From Salpingoeca rosetta (Eukaryota > Protista > Choanoflagellata): a stretch of 64,000 bases of DNA. The stretch is taken from positions 1,835,479 to 1,899,478 of the forward strand of contig JAWQFM010000001.1 in NCBI GenBank assembly GCA_033442325.1, written 5' to 3'. Positions 38,501-61,773 of this stretch are shown here, piece by piece; the stretch's first letter is position 1, and the number at the start of each line of letters is the position of its first letter. The notes beneath the pieces were generated by a model, which ran no database searches, was not told the DNA's origin, and saw nothing but the letters and a program-made list of their open reading frames with translations. Made by a program: the position numbers and the translations under genes.

Positions 38501-41500
38501 TGCACAGACACGTTGTTGCGCTGCGGCTGAACAACCGTGCATTCGGATGTCAGCGGCACGCTTGAAGTGGGGATGGAGGCGGCGCCAGCAGCCGAGTCTG
38601 CGCTCGACTGCACTGTCAGGTGCGTCACCCGAAGCGAGGACGTGCGGACCGTCTCGTTGAACTCCAGCGTGAGCAAGAAAGCGTCCATGTCGAGGCGCGC
38701 AAGCACAGCTCCGGGCGCCTGGGAATCGGGCGTGAACTCGGAAACGCCGAGAGCAGAGGAAGCGGGGACAGGCACGAGCGAGTTGCTGTTCATGTCCACC
38801 ACCAGCGTTGACTCCACCACGACAAAGGCGTTGCTGCTGCTCTCCGCAAGCCCTTCCAGGCGGGCGACGGTGTCAAAGTCGTCCGCTGCAATCTGAAACA
38901 CCAGTTGGTTGCCGTTGGCCGTGTTTGTTGTTGTCAGCGCAGACAGGCGGTGGGAGACGGAGCTGCTGCTCTGTGCATCCTGGAGGGTGATTGCGGTGGC
39001 GTCCGCGGAGCTTGCCAGCACGGGCTCGGTAAACGAGAGCAGGAGTGTGCGGGAAGTCAGGTCCAGCTTTGCGTCCACCAGCTCGGGCGAGACCAGATCG
39101 GCTTCAAATTGGCTCACAGACAGGCCAAGCGCCTGTGCAATGGCGTTACTCGACACGTCGCGCACTGCGCTTGCGCGCAGCGTCAGGAATGTTGTCTGTG
39201 CACTCACGGCAAGCAGGGTGTTGAGCTTCAGCGCATCGACGTCCGCCTTGAGCATCACCACCTCCACGTCATAGTTGATCGTGGGCACGGCTTGCTGCTC
39301 GAACAGAGATGTGATGTTGCTGGCGCCGCTGAGGGCCAGCACCTCAAGCGGTGTGCCCACGTCTCTGGGGTCGTGGTCCTGCAGGATAATGTCTGTGGGC
39401 TGTAGCGTGCTGGCATCGACGGGCTCAGAGAAGGACAGCACCAGGATGCCGGAGGAGACCGAGAACGAGAACCCAAGCAGGGCGGGTGCCGTTGTATCGG
39501 CGTCCACGGTGGCTGCCGCCTGTGCCTGTGCCCACCCGATGCCTTGAAAGACAACGTGCGAGGTGTCCTGAAGGGACGGCGCTGGCCAGGCGATGCGACA
39601 GTTGCCCGCGGAGGTGCACAGGGCAGTCTTGCTCTTCAGAGCATTCAGCAGGGGCGTGCCCATGGACACCAGCACCACATTTGGAGCTGCAGTCTGTTGG
39701 GTGGCCTGTGCCGCTGATCCGAGGTTCAAAGCCAACGAAGCAGACGGTTGCATGGGGCTTGCCCCTGCAACAAGCGTAAAATCATTGAGGTCGAACGTGC
39801 TCATGTTCACCGTCTCGGAGAAGGTCAACGCAATATTGCCGCTCTCGAGGCTCAGTGCCCATGAAGAGAGCTGTCCGGCAGTTGTGTCTGGCAGCACGGC
39901 GCGTACCTGGGCTGCGTTGGTCGCCGGAACCGCCACCAGGGTGTTGCCGGCAACATCTAGCGCAGCAGCAACGCCGAGGCTCACAAATGTGTTGGCTGGG
40001 GAGAGTGCGAGGCCGTCCAGCTCCGCCTTGAGCAAATTCAGGTCGCTGTCGGAAAGGGCAATCACCAGCTCATAGTCGGACGTTGTGTTGGCCTGCACTG
40101 TGGTGGCTGCTGACAGCTGCAAGCTCTGGGTTGGTGAGGACTGCGCGTTCTGCAGACGCATGGCGGTCGCGTCCACGGCAGCCACATCCATCACATCATC
40201 AAACCCAAGCAAGAGCGTGCCAGCGTTCATGTCCAGCACGGCAAACTCAAGCAGGGGCGACACTGCGTCGGGCAGGACGGACGCAACTGCGCTGCCCTGT
40301 GCTGCCGGAATGACCTGCACGCCGTTTCCAGAACGGTCGGCGGCCAGGGTTGATGCGCAGGAAACATATGGGCCAGAGGCAGAGAAGGGCTGGCTGAGCT
40401 TCAACACACGCATATCGGCACGCGTCAGCAGCAGCGAGACGTAACGCTTCCTGTGGGCAGAGCCCGTGCCCACACCAAGCTGATCTATGTAAATGACGCC
40501 TGTGTCGTTGGACAGGAAGAAGCGCGACACGAGCATCGGGTCTGAGGTGTCCGAGTTGGACATGCCGCTGCCGTCGGCGTTGGCCTGGAGCTGCAGCGCC
40601 GTCGGGTCGATGCTATCCAGCTCAAGGGGCTCTGAAAACTCGAGGTGCAGGCGGGCAAGGCCAAGGTCGAGCTGCGCCTGTGCAAGAGCCGGCAGCACCG
40701 CATCGCCAACAAAGGCACCTGGCGTGATGTTGAGGTCCTCCAGCGACGCAACGGGCGTCGGCCGGGCAATGTCGGAAACAAACCCGGCAGCAAGGCTTAA
40801 TTGCGTCGTGGTGGCATTGAATCCAAGCAGAGGGCTGCTGAGCAGATTGTCATATGTTTCGGACGAGAGCACAACCTCGAACACCAAGCTGAGGCTGTCA
40901 GGGACAACCGTGGCTTGGCCCTGCACGGACAGTGCCTGCGTGTTGGCGTCATTTGTGATGACGAGCTGTGCAATGTCAATGCTGTTGGCATCGATGGGCT
41001 CGGAAACCTCGAAGCGAAGCACGCCACTGCTCATGTTCACGGCCACGTCGACAACGCGCGGGGGCGTGGTGTCCGCAACATACACGTCCGTGCGCCTGGC
41101 TCCGGCCGGAGGAGCCTCCACGACCTCGTTGCCAGCCATGTCCGTGACAAATGTCGGAGGAAAGCTGATGTAGGATGTTGCACGCGACACACCGAGGCGG
41201 TCATTCAGTTTAATCAGGAAGACATCCGAGTCGTTGAGGCGGATGTTCAGCTCCAGGTCATCCTTGTTGTTGAGGATGGTACCCGGGGACTGGAACACGT
41301 GTTGCTCGAGCGCAGAATCCGTTGGGTCGTCGATGCTCTGCAGCACAAGCTGTGAAAGGTTCAGGCTCGACCGCTTCATTGTCTCGTCAAAAGTGAGCGA
41401 GATCACGCTCGTGTTCATGTTGAAGGTGTAGTGCAGAAGGGCTGGGCGCGTGGTGTCGGCAGTGTAGTTGCGGGCACGCAGATTACACTGCAGCAACGCG

Positions 41501-42901
41501 CCGGGCTGGAACGTCACTGTCACCACAGGACCAGCGCGAATGCTGCCTGCCCCCGGGAGTGCAGTGAGCTCGAGCGTCACACTTTCGGAGGAGAAGCTCG
41601 TCACGTTGATGTAGCCGACACCGTTGGTGATGGCAACGGGCGCGTCGCCAAAGTACGTTGTGGCTTCGTCACGAAGCACGACGCTGTCTCCGGTTCGGCC
41701 GCCACGGGCTTGCATTGTGACGTCGCGCTGCTCGTAAATTGCCGTGTTGTTGAACTGGTCCCTCGCACGCACTTCGATCCTCACATACTCGCCCGCAATG
41801 GAGTTGGCAAACTCGGTCACCTCGAACAGCACCGCGGCACCTGTGTGAGAGTTTGTGTGTGTGTGTGGGGGGGGGGGTGGTGAATGATGTGTTTGGGGGT
41901 TGGGTTGGGTTATGTGTGAGTGTGTGTGAGTGTGTGTGTGTTGAGAAGGAAGAGGCGCTGAAAGAGACCATTGCTACAATCTCCATCCACAACCAAAATG
42001 CTTCGTTCGTCTCCGCGTTTGGCCCTTCCCTAGGTACAAGTACACGTGCAATAGCCAGGGCTCATACAGCAACCAAACCACCGCGCTCACACAGAACAAC
42101 GTGGCACCATCATGATAAACAGCCACACTGACCTGGGTAGAACTCGATGTCATGCGTGGAGGTAAAGTCGACAAGGGGCCGGCTGAAGTTGGGCCGGATG
42201 CGCAGCTGAATCGTCTCCGGGAGCGTGTTGCGAATGCTGAAGTCACCACGGCCATCAACAACGTCGACTTGGCCATACCCAGTTGCAGATCCGCTCCCGA
42301 GCACCTCCAGCCGCGTATTCTCTGCGGTGTTGACGTTGCCAAATTCGTCGAGGGCAAGCAAGGCAATGCTCGCCGCATCATCCACGCTGCTTTCACTGTC
42401 GCCTCGCAGCACGAAGCTCCGTGTTTGTCCTGGGAAATGTTACGGGAAAGGAAGGTCAGGTGAGCAACACACATTCGCACGCTCGCGCAAAGGCCGCAGC
42501 AGATAGGCAGCGGAAACGACGAGAGAACCACAGCGCCGAAGATGCCACCAAATACACAACAACAGCAGCAGCAACAACAGCAAATAACAACACGCGCGAC
42601 TCACTTGGATTGAAGGTGACTGTGATGGAATCGTCGACGACGTCGCCGGTTTGTGTGCTGGAGAGCACCTCAAACACAACCTCCCCGGTGGTGTTGGACG
42701 TGTACGTAAACTCGCCAACCCCAGCAATAACGGAAACGTCCCAAGTTGTGGTATTGGCGCGAAGCACAGCAACACCCGTGAAGCTAGGTGCAAAGTTCCC
42801 ATACTGGTCCAACGCAACCACACGTGCTGTCCAAGGATGACCAACAATAGCCGAAGATGTCGTGTTCAAAACGAACTTTGCCAGCGACCCTGTATGTATT
42901 G

Positions 42902-42983
<82 letters not shown>

Positions 42984-45900
42984 TGGTTGACGAATTGAGC
43001 GCATGCATGTGTTCACATGTATGAGCGAGTGTGTGCACTTGCCAAGCGAGCGCCACGCATGTTGAGTCGAGGAGACGCAACGACACAACGGCAGCAACGG
43101 CAACAGTAAACCAGCACACCGCTACTGCTGTGCCTCTCCATTCCGCCCACCATGTAGTCATACCACCATCGACATGAACTAACACGCAATAAACCACCCG
43201 CAGTCACACACACACACACACCTGCAGCGATGGTTGCTTGGACGGTGGTTGTGGCGCTGGATGGGGATGACGGCGCATTGGCGCTCAAGGCGGCCGTGGC
43301 AGTCCCAGTGATGGTTTGCGGCAGCTGTGTCCTAAACTGCAGCGTGGTGACGCCGTTTTGGAACTGCGAGCTGCCAGATGAGGGGGTCAACCCAGTTCCA
43401 GTGAGATCCACTTGGACTGAGCCTTGCTCTGCTGTCGCCACGTTGGAGAACTGGTCCAGCGCAAGCACGCGCATTTGCAGTGGATCGCCATCAACAGAGG
43501 CGTTGCTGGGAAGACGCAGCGCAATCGATACTGTGGCGCCGGACAGGAAGGTGAATGACACAGGCGGCGGCACGGTAATTCCTGCAGAGGACGTGTTGAG
43601 GACCACACTCACAGCAGCAGGCACCTCTGACCCCACAGCCAGAATAGCCTGGCCCTCGTGAATCAGCGCCTCGCTGACGTTAAGCACGGGTGGGGAGCTC
43701 TGCAAAGGCAAGGGGCCATTGAACCCGCTTGCCACGTGGCCATACTGATCCACGAGCGTCACGGTCAGGGTGTGCGCTTCGTCCACCGTGAGTACAGAGC
43801 CACCGCTGCTCATGAGCGAGAACTGCGCAAGGACGGGATAGCCGGGCTGAAAGTCGAGTACGGTGGTGTTGCTGATGTCGAGCGCAGCGTTCGAGGCCGA
43901 CTGGAAGCTCAGGTGCACTGCTTGCACTGCCGTGCTCGTCACCATGACTGTGCCAACACCACGCGTGACGGTAACGGGGCTGGAGAAGTTCACCACACCC
44001 ATGTCGCTGGCTGATGCTGCAATGGCTGTAGTGCCGTTGAACTTTGGCTGCAGGTTGCCTGCGACATCCTCCGCGTAGACAGGGAGCTCCACCTGGTCGT
44101 CCACGCTGGTACGGGCAGGTAGCGCCTCCACTGCAAACCGCAGGCGAGCGGCGACGTTCGGCTGCACCACACGCTGGACTGTCACGGAGGCAAAGCTTGA
44201 CGAAGATGCAGCAATGGTCACGGGACCTGCAATGAGCGGCACAAGGGATACGCGGCACACGCCAGCAACTGACTGGCATGGGAGGGCTTCACCCGCAAAC
44301 GAGACTGTGGCCTGGAAGGAAGCGCCTGTGGCAATGTTGTTGAAGCGATCACGCGCGGTGACTGCAATACGCAGCGTCTCCGCAGCCAGAATTGTCTCCT
44401 GCACCTCAAGTGTCATGCTCTCTCCAGATCCTGTATGTGTGTGTGTGTGTGTGTGCAGGAGTTACATGAACCACATGTAGATGCAAGAGGCTCTTAATCG
44501 CTGACACGGTGTGGAATCTGTGCATGCGTGTGCGTGCATGCGTGTGTGTATGTGTGTACTTGTGCGTGTATGTGCGTGTGCGTGCATGCGTGTGTATGTG
44601 TGTATGTGTGTACTTGTGCGTGTGTGTGTGTGTGTCTTGTGTATGTGTGCTTGTGTGTTTGTGTGCGTGTGCGTGTGTGCTTGTGTGTTTGTGTGGCTTT
44701 GTATATCTACGTGCACACTTTGATCCTTGTGTGCCATGAGCGCAAAGTGTGTACGTGGACTGTGTTTGGGAGCAACGCAGGTATGTGCGTGTATATGTAT
44801 GCGGGAGTGTGCGAGTGGCCATTGGCACATGCGCAAGGATGGGCTAAAACCTGGTTGGAAGATGACGGCGCCGGTTCTGTTGAGTGCAAGCTGAAGGCCA
44901 TTGTTGAGGTTGGCGTTTTGAAATGCCAGCACCGCCGTCTGCGCAACTGTTGACCCCAGCGACAGCGAGGCGCGCCCACTGGACAGTGTGATGGTGCTGA
45001 GCCCAAGCACGTTGGTGCCGTTGGTCGTCAGGCTCGCAGAACCCGTGACGGAGTTGACGACGTTGCCAAACTGGTCCACAGCCTCCACCACCACGGTGGC
45101 TGGCGTACCGACCTCGGTGCTGTAGGCCTCCTGGCCAAAGTCGAGGGCAACTGGCTGGCCAACGGTGAAGACAACCTGGCGGGTGTTGGAGACAGTACTG
45201 CCGTCACTCGCGGCAGTCAGCGTTGCGCTCAGGGTATACGTGTCCGGCACCGTTGCTCTCATGGCACCGTATGCGCGTCCATGTGTGAGGGTCAGTTGCG
45301 TGCTGAGCACCTCTGCCGCGGGCGAAGCTGTGATGGCAACGGACCCGCTCATGCCCACCAGGTTTCCAAACTGGTCTTCGGCCACCATCTGCAGCAGAAG
45401 CTCCTCATCCACAGAGAGCGAGGAGGGGAGATCCCGGAACGCAATCGTGGTCACCGCCGCTGTGTGTGTATGTGTGTGTGTATGTGTGTGCGTGAGTGTG
45501 TGTGCGTGAGTGTGTGTGTATGTGTGTGTGTGTGTGCGTGTGAATGTGTGTGTGTGTGAGCGTGTGAGTTAGCGGAGTGTAAGTAGTAGCAAGGGGAACC
45601 CCGAAGGGACAAGGGTGCGGGATGGAAGCGGGCGTCGTCATTGATGTGAGCGTGGTGCACAGGACAGCGTGTGAGAAAAGCGCGCATGTTGACGACGTGT
45701 GGCTGAACCAAACCAAAACACGTGATTGGCAGGTGCCTGTTCAACAGCTACGCTCGCTGCGGGTCGCAGCCAAACTAACATGGTTGAAAGTTGAGCTGGA
45801 GCGTGTCTGAAATGTCGAGTGTCCCATCTGCCACGGACGCAAAACGCAGCTCCACCTGCTCGGCAATGGTGTTTGCAAGCGAGACCGTGGCTGACGGGGA

Positions 45901-46282
45901 TGCATCGTACCCGCCCGACGGCTGCGCCAGGATGGACGCGGAGCCATTTGCGCTGACGGTGAACGTGGTTGATGTGGTTAACGCAACGTTGCCATATTGG
46001 TCAACGATGTCGACTTCGATGGAGGCAGCCGTGCCAACAACGGGGTCCGCGATGGTGTGGTCGAACTGCAGAGCAACGCCAGATCCTGAAGAAAAACAAA
46101 AACAAAAAACACACGCACGTTTATTCGGAGGGGGGGGGGGTGAGAGCCATTGTGATGGGCTTCGAGCGAACCAGCGAGCGCGACCCTGCAACCAGCGCCA
46201 GCACTCTTGTTGCGCCAAACCGAGCACCATCAAGCTTGTTGCATCACCACTTGCCACTTGCTACATGTGCACACACACGCAC

Positions 46283-46315
<33 letters not shown>

Positions 46316-46724
46316 CACATGCTCATGATGTGCGGGTTACGCACCGGGTTGCAGTGCAATTATGACCTCATCACCCATTGTCAGGCCCGTGTTGAAGGTG
46401 TCGAGAAGCGAGAGCGTGGCTTGGGCAGGTGCTGTTGATCCTTGGAATCGAAAGAGCCCCTTCCCGCCGACAATATCGACGGTGCTGGACCCGGTCAGAA
46501 GATTCACCAACTGCAGATCATCATAAGCGACGTCCACCTCAACGTCCCTCTCTTCGCTGCTGGCAAGGTTGCCGTATCGGTCATACACCCGAACGAGCAC
46601 ATCCTGCACTTCATCCACGGACGTGCTGGTTGTACTTGCATCCAGTTCAACCACGTGGCTCGGACCTGATGACCGGTGCAGGGTCGGCACAACGAAGCGT
46701 GTTTTTGTGTGCACATGTGCGTGC

Positions 46725-46797
<73 letters not shown>

Positions 46798-47839
46798 TGT
46801 GTGAATGCGTGTGTGAATGTGTGAGTGTGAATGTGTGTTTGTGTGCGTGAATGTGCGTGCGTGCGGGGCAAGCAAGTGAGGGTGTGTGCATGTGTGGTTT
46901 TGTGTGCATGTGTGCGTGTGCGTAAGATGTGCACATGTGGACATGTGGACGTGTGCGTATGTACACGTGCGGGCATGCGATGCAAGTGAGTGAGGGTGTA
47001 CATGTGTGCGCGCGTGTGTGTTTATGCGCCAAGCGTTGGTGATGTGCACTTGCGTCGTTGCTCACCTGGAGCGAAGGACACGCTGACGGTTGCAGAAATG
47101 TCGGTTTCGACAGGCGTTGAGGCCGTTGACACAAGCGACACCTGGATGGTCTCTGCTCGTTGATCCACAAGCACAACCAACGCCGAGGGGCTTGACGGGC
47201 TGATGCTAATGGTGGACGATGCAGGCAGCGCACTGCCATTGGTGGCGAGCTGTATTTGAAAGGCATCGAACGACGTGGCAGTCACGCCGGTACTGTCTTT
47301 CGCTGTCACTTGCACCTGCAGGCCTTCTCCCACCACTTTGCTGGTGGAGTCAACCGCCAGATCAAGGCGATAAGGGCCAACACCTACCCAAGGCAAGGAG
47401 GAGAAGAAGGAGAGGAAAGCCAAAACATGGAACGCATATGCAGTTCAGCGCAATGAGTTGCATGTGATGAAAGTGCTGTACATTTGTGCAATAGCCGTGT
47501 GCAAGTACCGCCAGCATGGATGCATTTGTGCACATCTGTGTGCGTGCGTTCGGCAAGTGATGAATAGCTTAAGCTTCACCAACTCACCATCTGCCCCTCT
47601 CCCCCCCCCAAACCCCACACTCCCTCCCTCCCTAGTTCCGCCTCGCGCAACCACCAGTTGACCACCAGTTGACCACCAGTTGACCACCAGTTGACCACCA
47701 GTTGAACCAGCTCCACACCCGCAATCGCACCTTGAACAGGCGTGAAGCAGAGACAAGCAGTGGCGGCCAAAGCGAGCAGCATCACAGAGCTCCAGCGCCG
47801 CAGCGCCTTATGCCGAGATGGTGTTGCTGAGCTAGCCAT
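14527..47839 (-). CDS. Giant secreted multi-Ig-repeat protein of about 10,259 aa (exons 47719-47839, 47066-47383, 46345-46665, 45780-46085, 44851-45459, 43222-44430, 42605-42889, 42133-42429, 14527-41840)
   Basis: Signal peptide [37 protein letters not shown]. All 8 introns are GT-AG and phase 1, and the exon lengths sum to 30,780 nt (divisible by 3). There are 12 modules of about 100 aa with the motif VxAxDxxGN, then about 60 repeats of about 140 aa (DxxxPxLxxFxLDMxxxxLxLxFxExV..DxxGN), then 3 IPT/TIG domains and a Calx-beta domain. No TM segment was seen. Confidence 0.9.
14640..14998 (-). other. Calx-beta-like domain of the giant protein
   Basis: [59 protein letters not shown] matches the Calx-beta pattern. 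Confidence 0.75.
15010..16085 (-). other. Three IPT/TIG domains of the giant protein
   Basis: [53 protein letters not shown] and [27 protein letters not shown], plus [10 protein letters not shown]. Confidence 0.85.
33116..35101. repeat. Near-identical 438-bp direct repeat inside the giant exon (33116-33553 and 34664-35101)
   Basis: Read directly: offset 1548 bp (516 codons), about 4 mismatches, all near the edges. Confidence 0.9.
47650..47710. repeat. 11-bp tandem repeat (ACCACCAGTTG, about 5 copies) at the start of intron 1 of the giant gene
   Basis: Read directly. Confidence 0.85.
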
Positions 47840-48286
47840 GTCCTGCAGTCTGCTGACACACACGCAGCCGTGAGCACGCACGCGGCAGAGCAAAGGGGTC
47901 AAACACGCTCACCAAAACGCCCTGTGCTCGCCTGTGCACGGCACGCACACTTGAGCGGGAGGGGGATGGCGGCAACACTGGCAAGCAAAGAGATGCAGTG
48001 GAGCTGTGGTGGTTATTGTTGCTCTTGTTTTGTTCGAGTGTTGGGTGGCGTGCTTCTTGCTGTGTCTGCACACCCTTGTACGGCGGCGATGCCTTTCTTA
48101 TTTTGTGTTGTTGTTGCTGTTGTTGTTGTTGGTGGTGGTCGTGGTCTTGTTGTTTGTTGTTTGTTTGGGGGAGGGGACGGTTGCTGGCTGCTTGCCTTTG
48201 CTGCCTTTTGCTTGGTAGCGGCAGGGTTGGCAGGGTGGCGCTCGCCCAAACTTTTATGTGAAATCCCATTTATAGGACACGGAGCT

Positions 48287-51498
<3,212 letters not shown>

Positions 51499-51862
51499 CA
51501 AGCGGCCTGCGTGTTGTGTCGTCAGTCACTGGGTGATGTTCTCATTGCAGACGCAGCAAGAAGAGCAGCAGCAGCGGCGGCGGCGGCGGCGGCGCTGGTT
51601 GTGCGTGAGGTAAATGGCGAGTTTAATGAATCAAGGGAAAATACGGCGGGTTGCTTAATACCTCTTGCCTGACAGAGGGGCAAGAAGAGACCAAGTGGGG
51701 TGTGATGGTGGGAATGGACTGGGGCCAGTGCTGCTGCTGTGATTTTCAGACATGACCGTGTGTGCCATGATACAGCAAGCACCGCAGCTCCACGCATAGT
51801 TTTGCCTAAGGAAGCTTCTAAAATAAACGTTCACAACCACACGCACAGTGTTTGCCAACGCC

Positions 51863-51949
<87 letters not shown>

Positions 51950-52045
51950 TCTCGGCTGGGGGGGGGGAGGAGGAATAACAGAGAGTTGCGCTTTCGTGGC
52001 AGTTGCCGCTTGCTGCTGCCGCCGCTGGCCGGTAGTCCTGTTCTT

Positions 52046-52372
52046 CTAGTCCTGCTGTGGGTAGAGCTTGTACACGGCCACTGGAACGAGCACGACCATG
52101 ACGACTAGGATGGCCACGGCGCGCTTCCACATGCCGGGGCTGGTGAACGTTGTCCATGCGTTTTCGCGTCGCAGGAGGCCAATCACGCGGGCGTCGGCAA
52201 CAGAGCTGCTCTCCAGCCGCGCCTGGTGCTCCATCACCGTCTGCAGCTGCGCATCGTACTTGGCCAGCACCTCCGACGAGTCCGCAGGCTCTCTGAGGTG
52301 GTGGAAACATGAGTGGAGGAAGATTGTGTTAATCGAGTCGTGTGTGTCTGTGTACTTGTGTGTGTCGACACA

Positions 52373-52419
<47 letters not shown>

Positions 52420-54001
52420 TTGTATGTGTGTGTGATGTGTATACACATGTGTGTGTGTGCGTGTGCGGTTGTTGTGATGACATGTGCGAGCTTGCAGTGA
52501 CATGTGCGACCTTGCAGTGGTGTTTTGAGGGATAACTTACTCTTCGCTGTCGTGCTGGCTGTTGTCATCGTCCCCATATGATATTCTGGAGAAGGCTACA
52601 TAAAATCACGAAAACAGCCACAAACAATGCACGACACAACGGCCACGTATCGAGGACATGTGAGCGCAATTTGACCTGGGGGGGGGGGTTTGACAAATTG
52701 GAGGATGACGACAAGACCGACGGCAACGATAAAGGAGCTGTGAGCATCTCCAACCACATCGGTCTCGCATCAGCCTCATTGTGTGAAGCGCGCCAACTTC
52801 ATCATCCCACGTGCATTTCTGCTCACCTTCCGACGGCAGGGAGATGTTCGGGTTCTCCGTTGGCAGAAACGGTCGCTTGGTCGTGTATGTCTTCACACCT
52901 TCCTCCATGCCGTCCAAATCATCAAGGTTGGACTCTTGTACCGCTGCATACAAGTGCCCAAACCTCGATGCCGGCACTTTGATCACCTGTCACGGTGGCG
53001 CAAGTGTTCATGTGCGGGAATGATTGTGGATGTCGCGGGTGTTGGTTGACATGAGCGCATGGTCGTTGTGGCTGCCTTCGTACGTCGCACACAGCACACA
53101 CGGCACCGCCTTTCTCCCCAAACAAAGACAGACAGACACAGCTAGCTGGACATACAGACACAGCTACCTGGACATATAGACACCGATACACACCCACACC
53201 AAAAAAAAAAAAAACAACTAACAAACACAAACAAACAAACACACACGAACAAACACAATTGGCGGCGCACCTTGCGCGCGTGCAGTTCTGCCTCGCCCCA
53301 AATGTTGTTCAGCCGCTTCAACTGATCCACCTGAGATCGGGTTCGCGCACAAAAAGCCAAGCATGTGAGCGGGAAGTACAACCAGCAACAATGACACAAA
53401 CGACACAAACAACACATAACCTCCACCCACCCACCCACACACACACGCAAACAAACACCGCACACAAACACCGCACACACACACACACGCAAACAAACAC
53501 AAACAAACAAACAAACACCCACACCCACACACAACTAGCCACGTTTGTTTTCTGTCATCAACTGACCGTTGTCCTGTACTGCAGAGCAATGCCGGTGAGT
53601 GTGTGGTGCCCTTCGACTTCGTGCAAGATGAACGTTGTGTTTGGGTCCTGCCCATATGCACTGGTTGTTGTGGCTGTTCTGGAGGCTGCGGCTGCAGACG
53701 AGGGGGAGCCGTGCTGCTCATCCTCCTGCTTCCACGGGTTGTGGTTCTTGCGAGACGTCAGGTTTCTCTGGAACACAGACATTTCTATCGAGTCGTCTCC
53801 GCCACCGCTGTGCCTGCGGTCGTCGTGACCAGTCCCACCCTGCTTCCACCGCCCACTTCCCCCGTTCTGTCCATGCTGCCGGTTCTTCCGGTTGTCCTGG
53901 GCATCTCCGCTGAACACAAAGTGCGCTTGTGTCTGGCGGTTCTGCACATATGCGTCGCGCGGCGGCGCGCCCCGCTCACCAAGCAACCGCTCCTGTGACA
54001 T
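52046..54001 (-). CDS. LysM-domain protein with a C-terminal TM helix (LysMD3/4-like); internal exons partly unresolved
   Basis: ATG at 54001. LysM domain ILHEVEGHHTLTGIALQYRTT|VDQLKRLNNIWGEAELHARK|VIKVP is split over three exons. The last exon has a helical segment, then the TM segment AVAILVVMVVLVPVAVY, ending KLYPQQD*. Confidence 0.8.
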
Positions 54002-54472
54002 CGCTTCGGCACACCCGCGCGTCAAGAACAACGAGCAAACCAAACAACAAAGTACAAGGGCCAACAACGGCGGACGAGCGGAGGGAAGCAGCCGTGATGA
54101 AGGGATGTCAAGCAAGCGATGAAGATGTGCTGGGGGTGTTGTGATGTGATGACGTGAGAGTTGCTGGCTGGTGTTTGTATGTTGCGTTGACGAGGAAGTT
54201 TGCTGACGAGCCACACACAATGCGACACGAAGAAATTCATCCGCACGAAAAACCACTGGTTTCTTCCACGAATAGTCTTCGCTCGGTCGAAAATTCATGG
54301 GTGATTTTAATAAAATGAAGCACCGGATATGAGCAACAAGCGATGTGCTGCTCTCTGCCATGCACCACGGCAGACTTCCTCACATGGCACAAGGGCACAC
54401 GCTTCGTGGTACACACGCACACGCACATTACGCCCTTGAAGCAGAAGAAGCATCTGATGTGGCGGCGACTGC

Positions 54473-61681
<7,209 letters not shown>

Positions 61682-61773
61682 CCTGCCCCAGTCCTCACAA
61701 ATGATGCTTCTTGCTTGCTTGCTTGGCGACTGTTATTTATTGATTTTGTGGTGTTGCAGACAGCTGTGCGGGG
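61682..61773. promoter_or_regulatory. Very compact putative bidirectional promoter
   Basis: 92 bp between the divergent ATGs, with the AT-rich core GTTATTTATTGATTTT. Confidence 0.5.

Noticed and set aside
14527-41840. Giant ORF as bacterial contamination or misassembly
   Set aside because: It splices in frame to eight upstream exons with host-type introns, has a eukaryotic signal peptide and many N-glycosylation sequons, and lies among host genes.
14446-41883. Long + strand ORFs (e.g. 22945-25866, 21386-23728, 33089-35143)
   Set aside because: Antisense shadows of a GC-rich coding exon, with no recognisable motifs.
42395-42406. RGDS integrin-binding motif (two more RGDs lie in the giant exon)
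   Set aside because: A few RGDs are expected by chance in about 10,000 aa, and there is no evidence of loop exposure or of an integrin partner.
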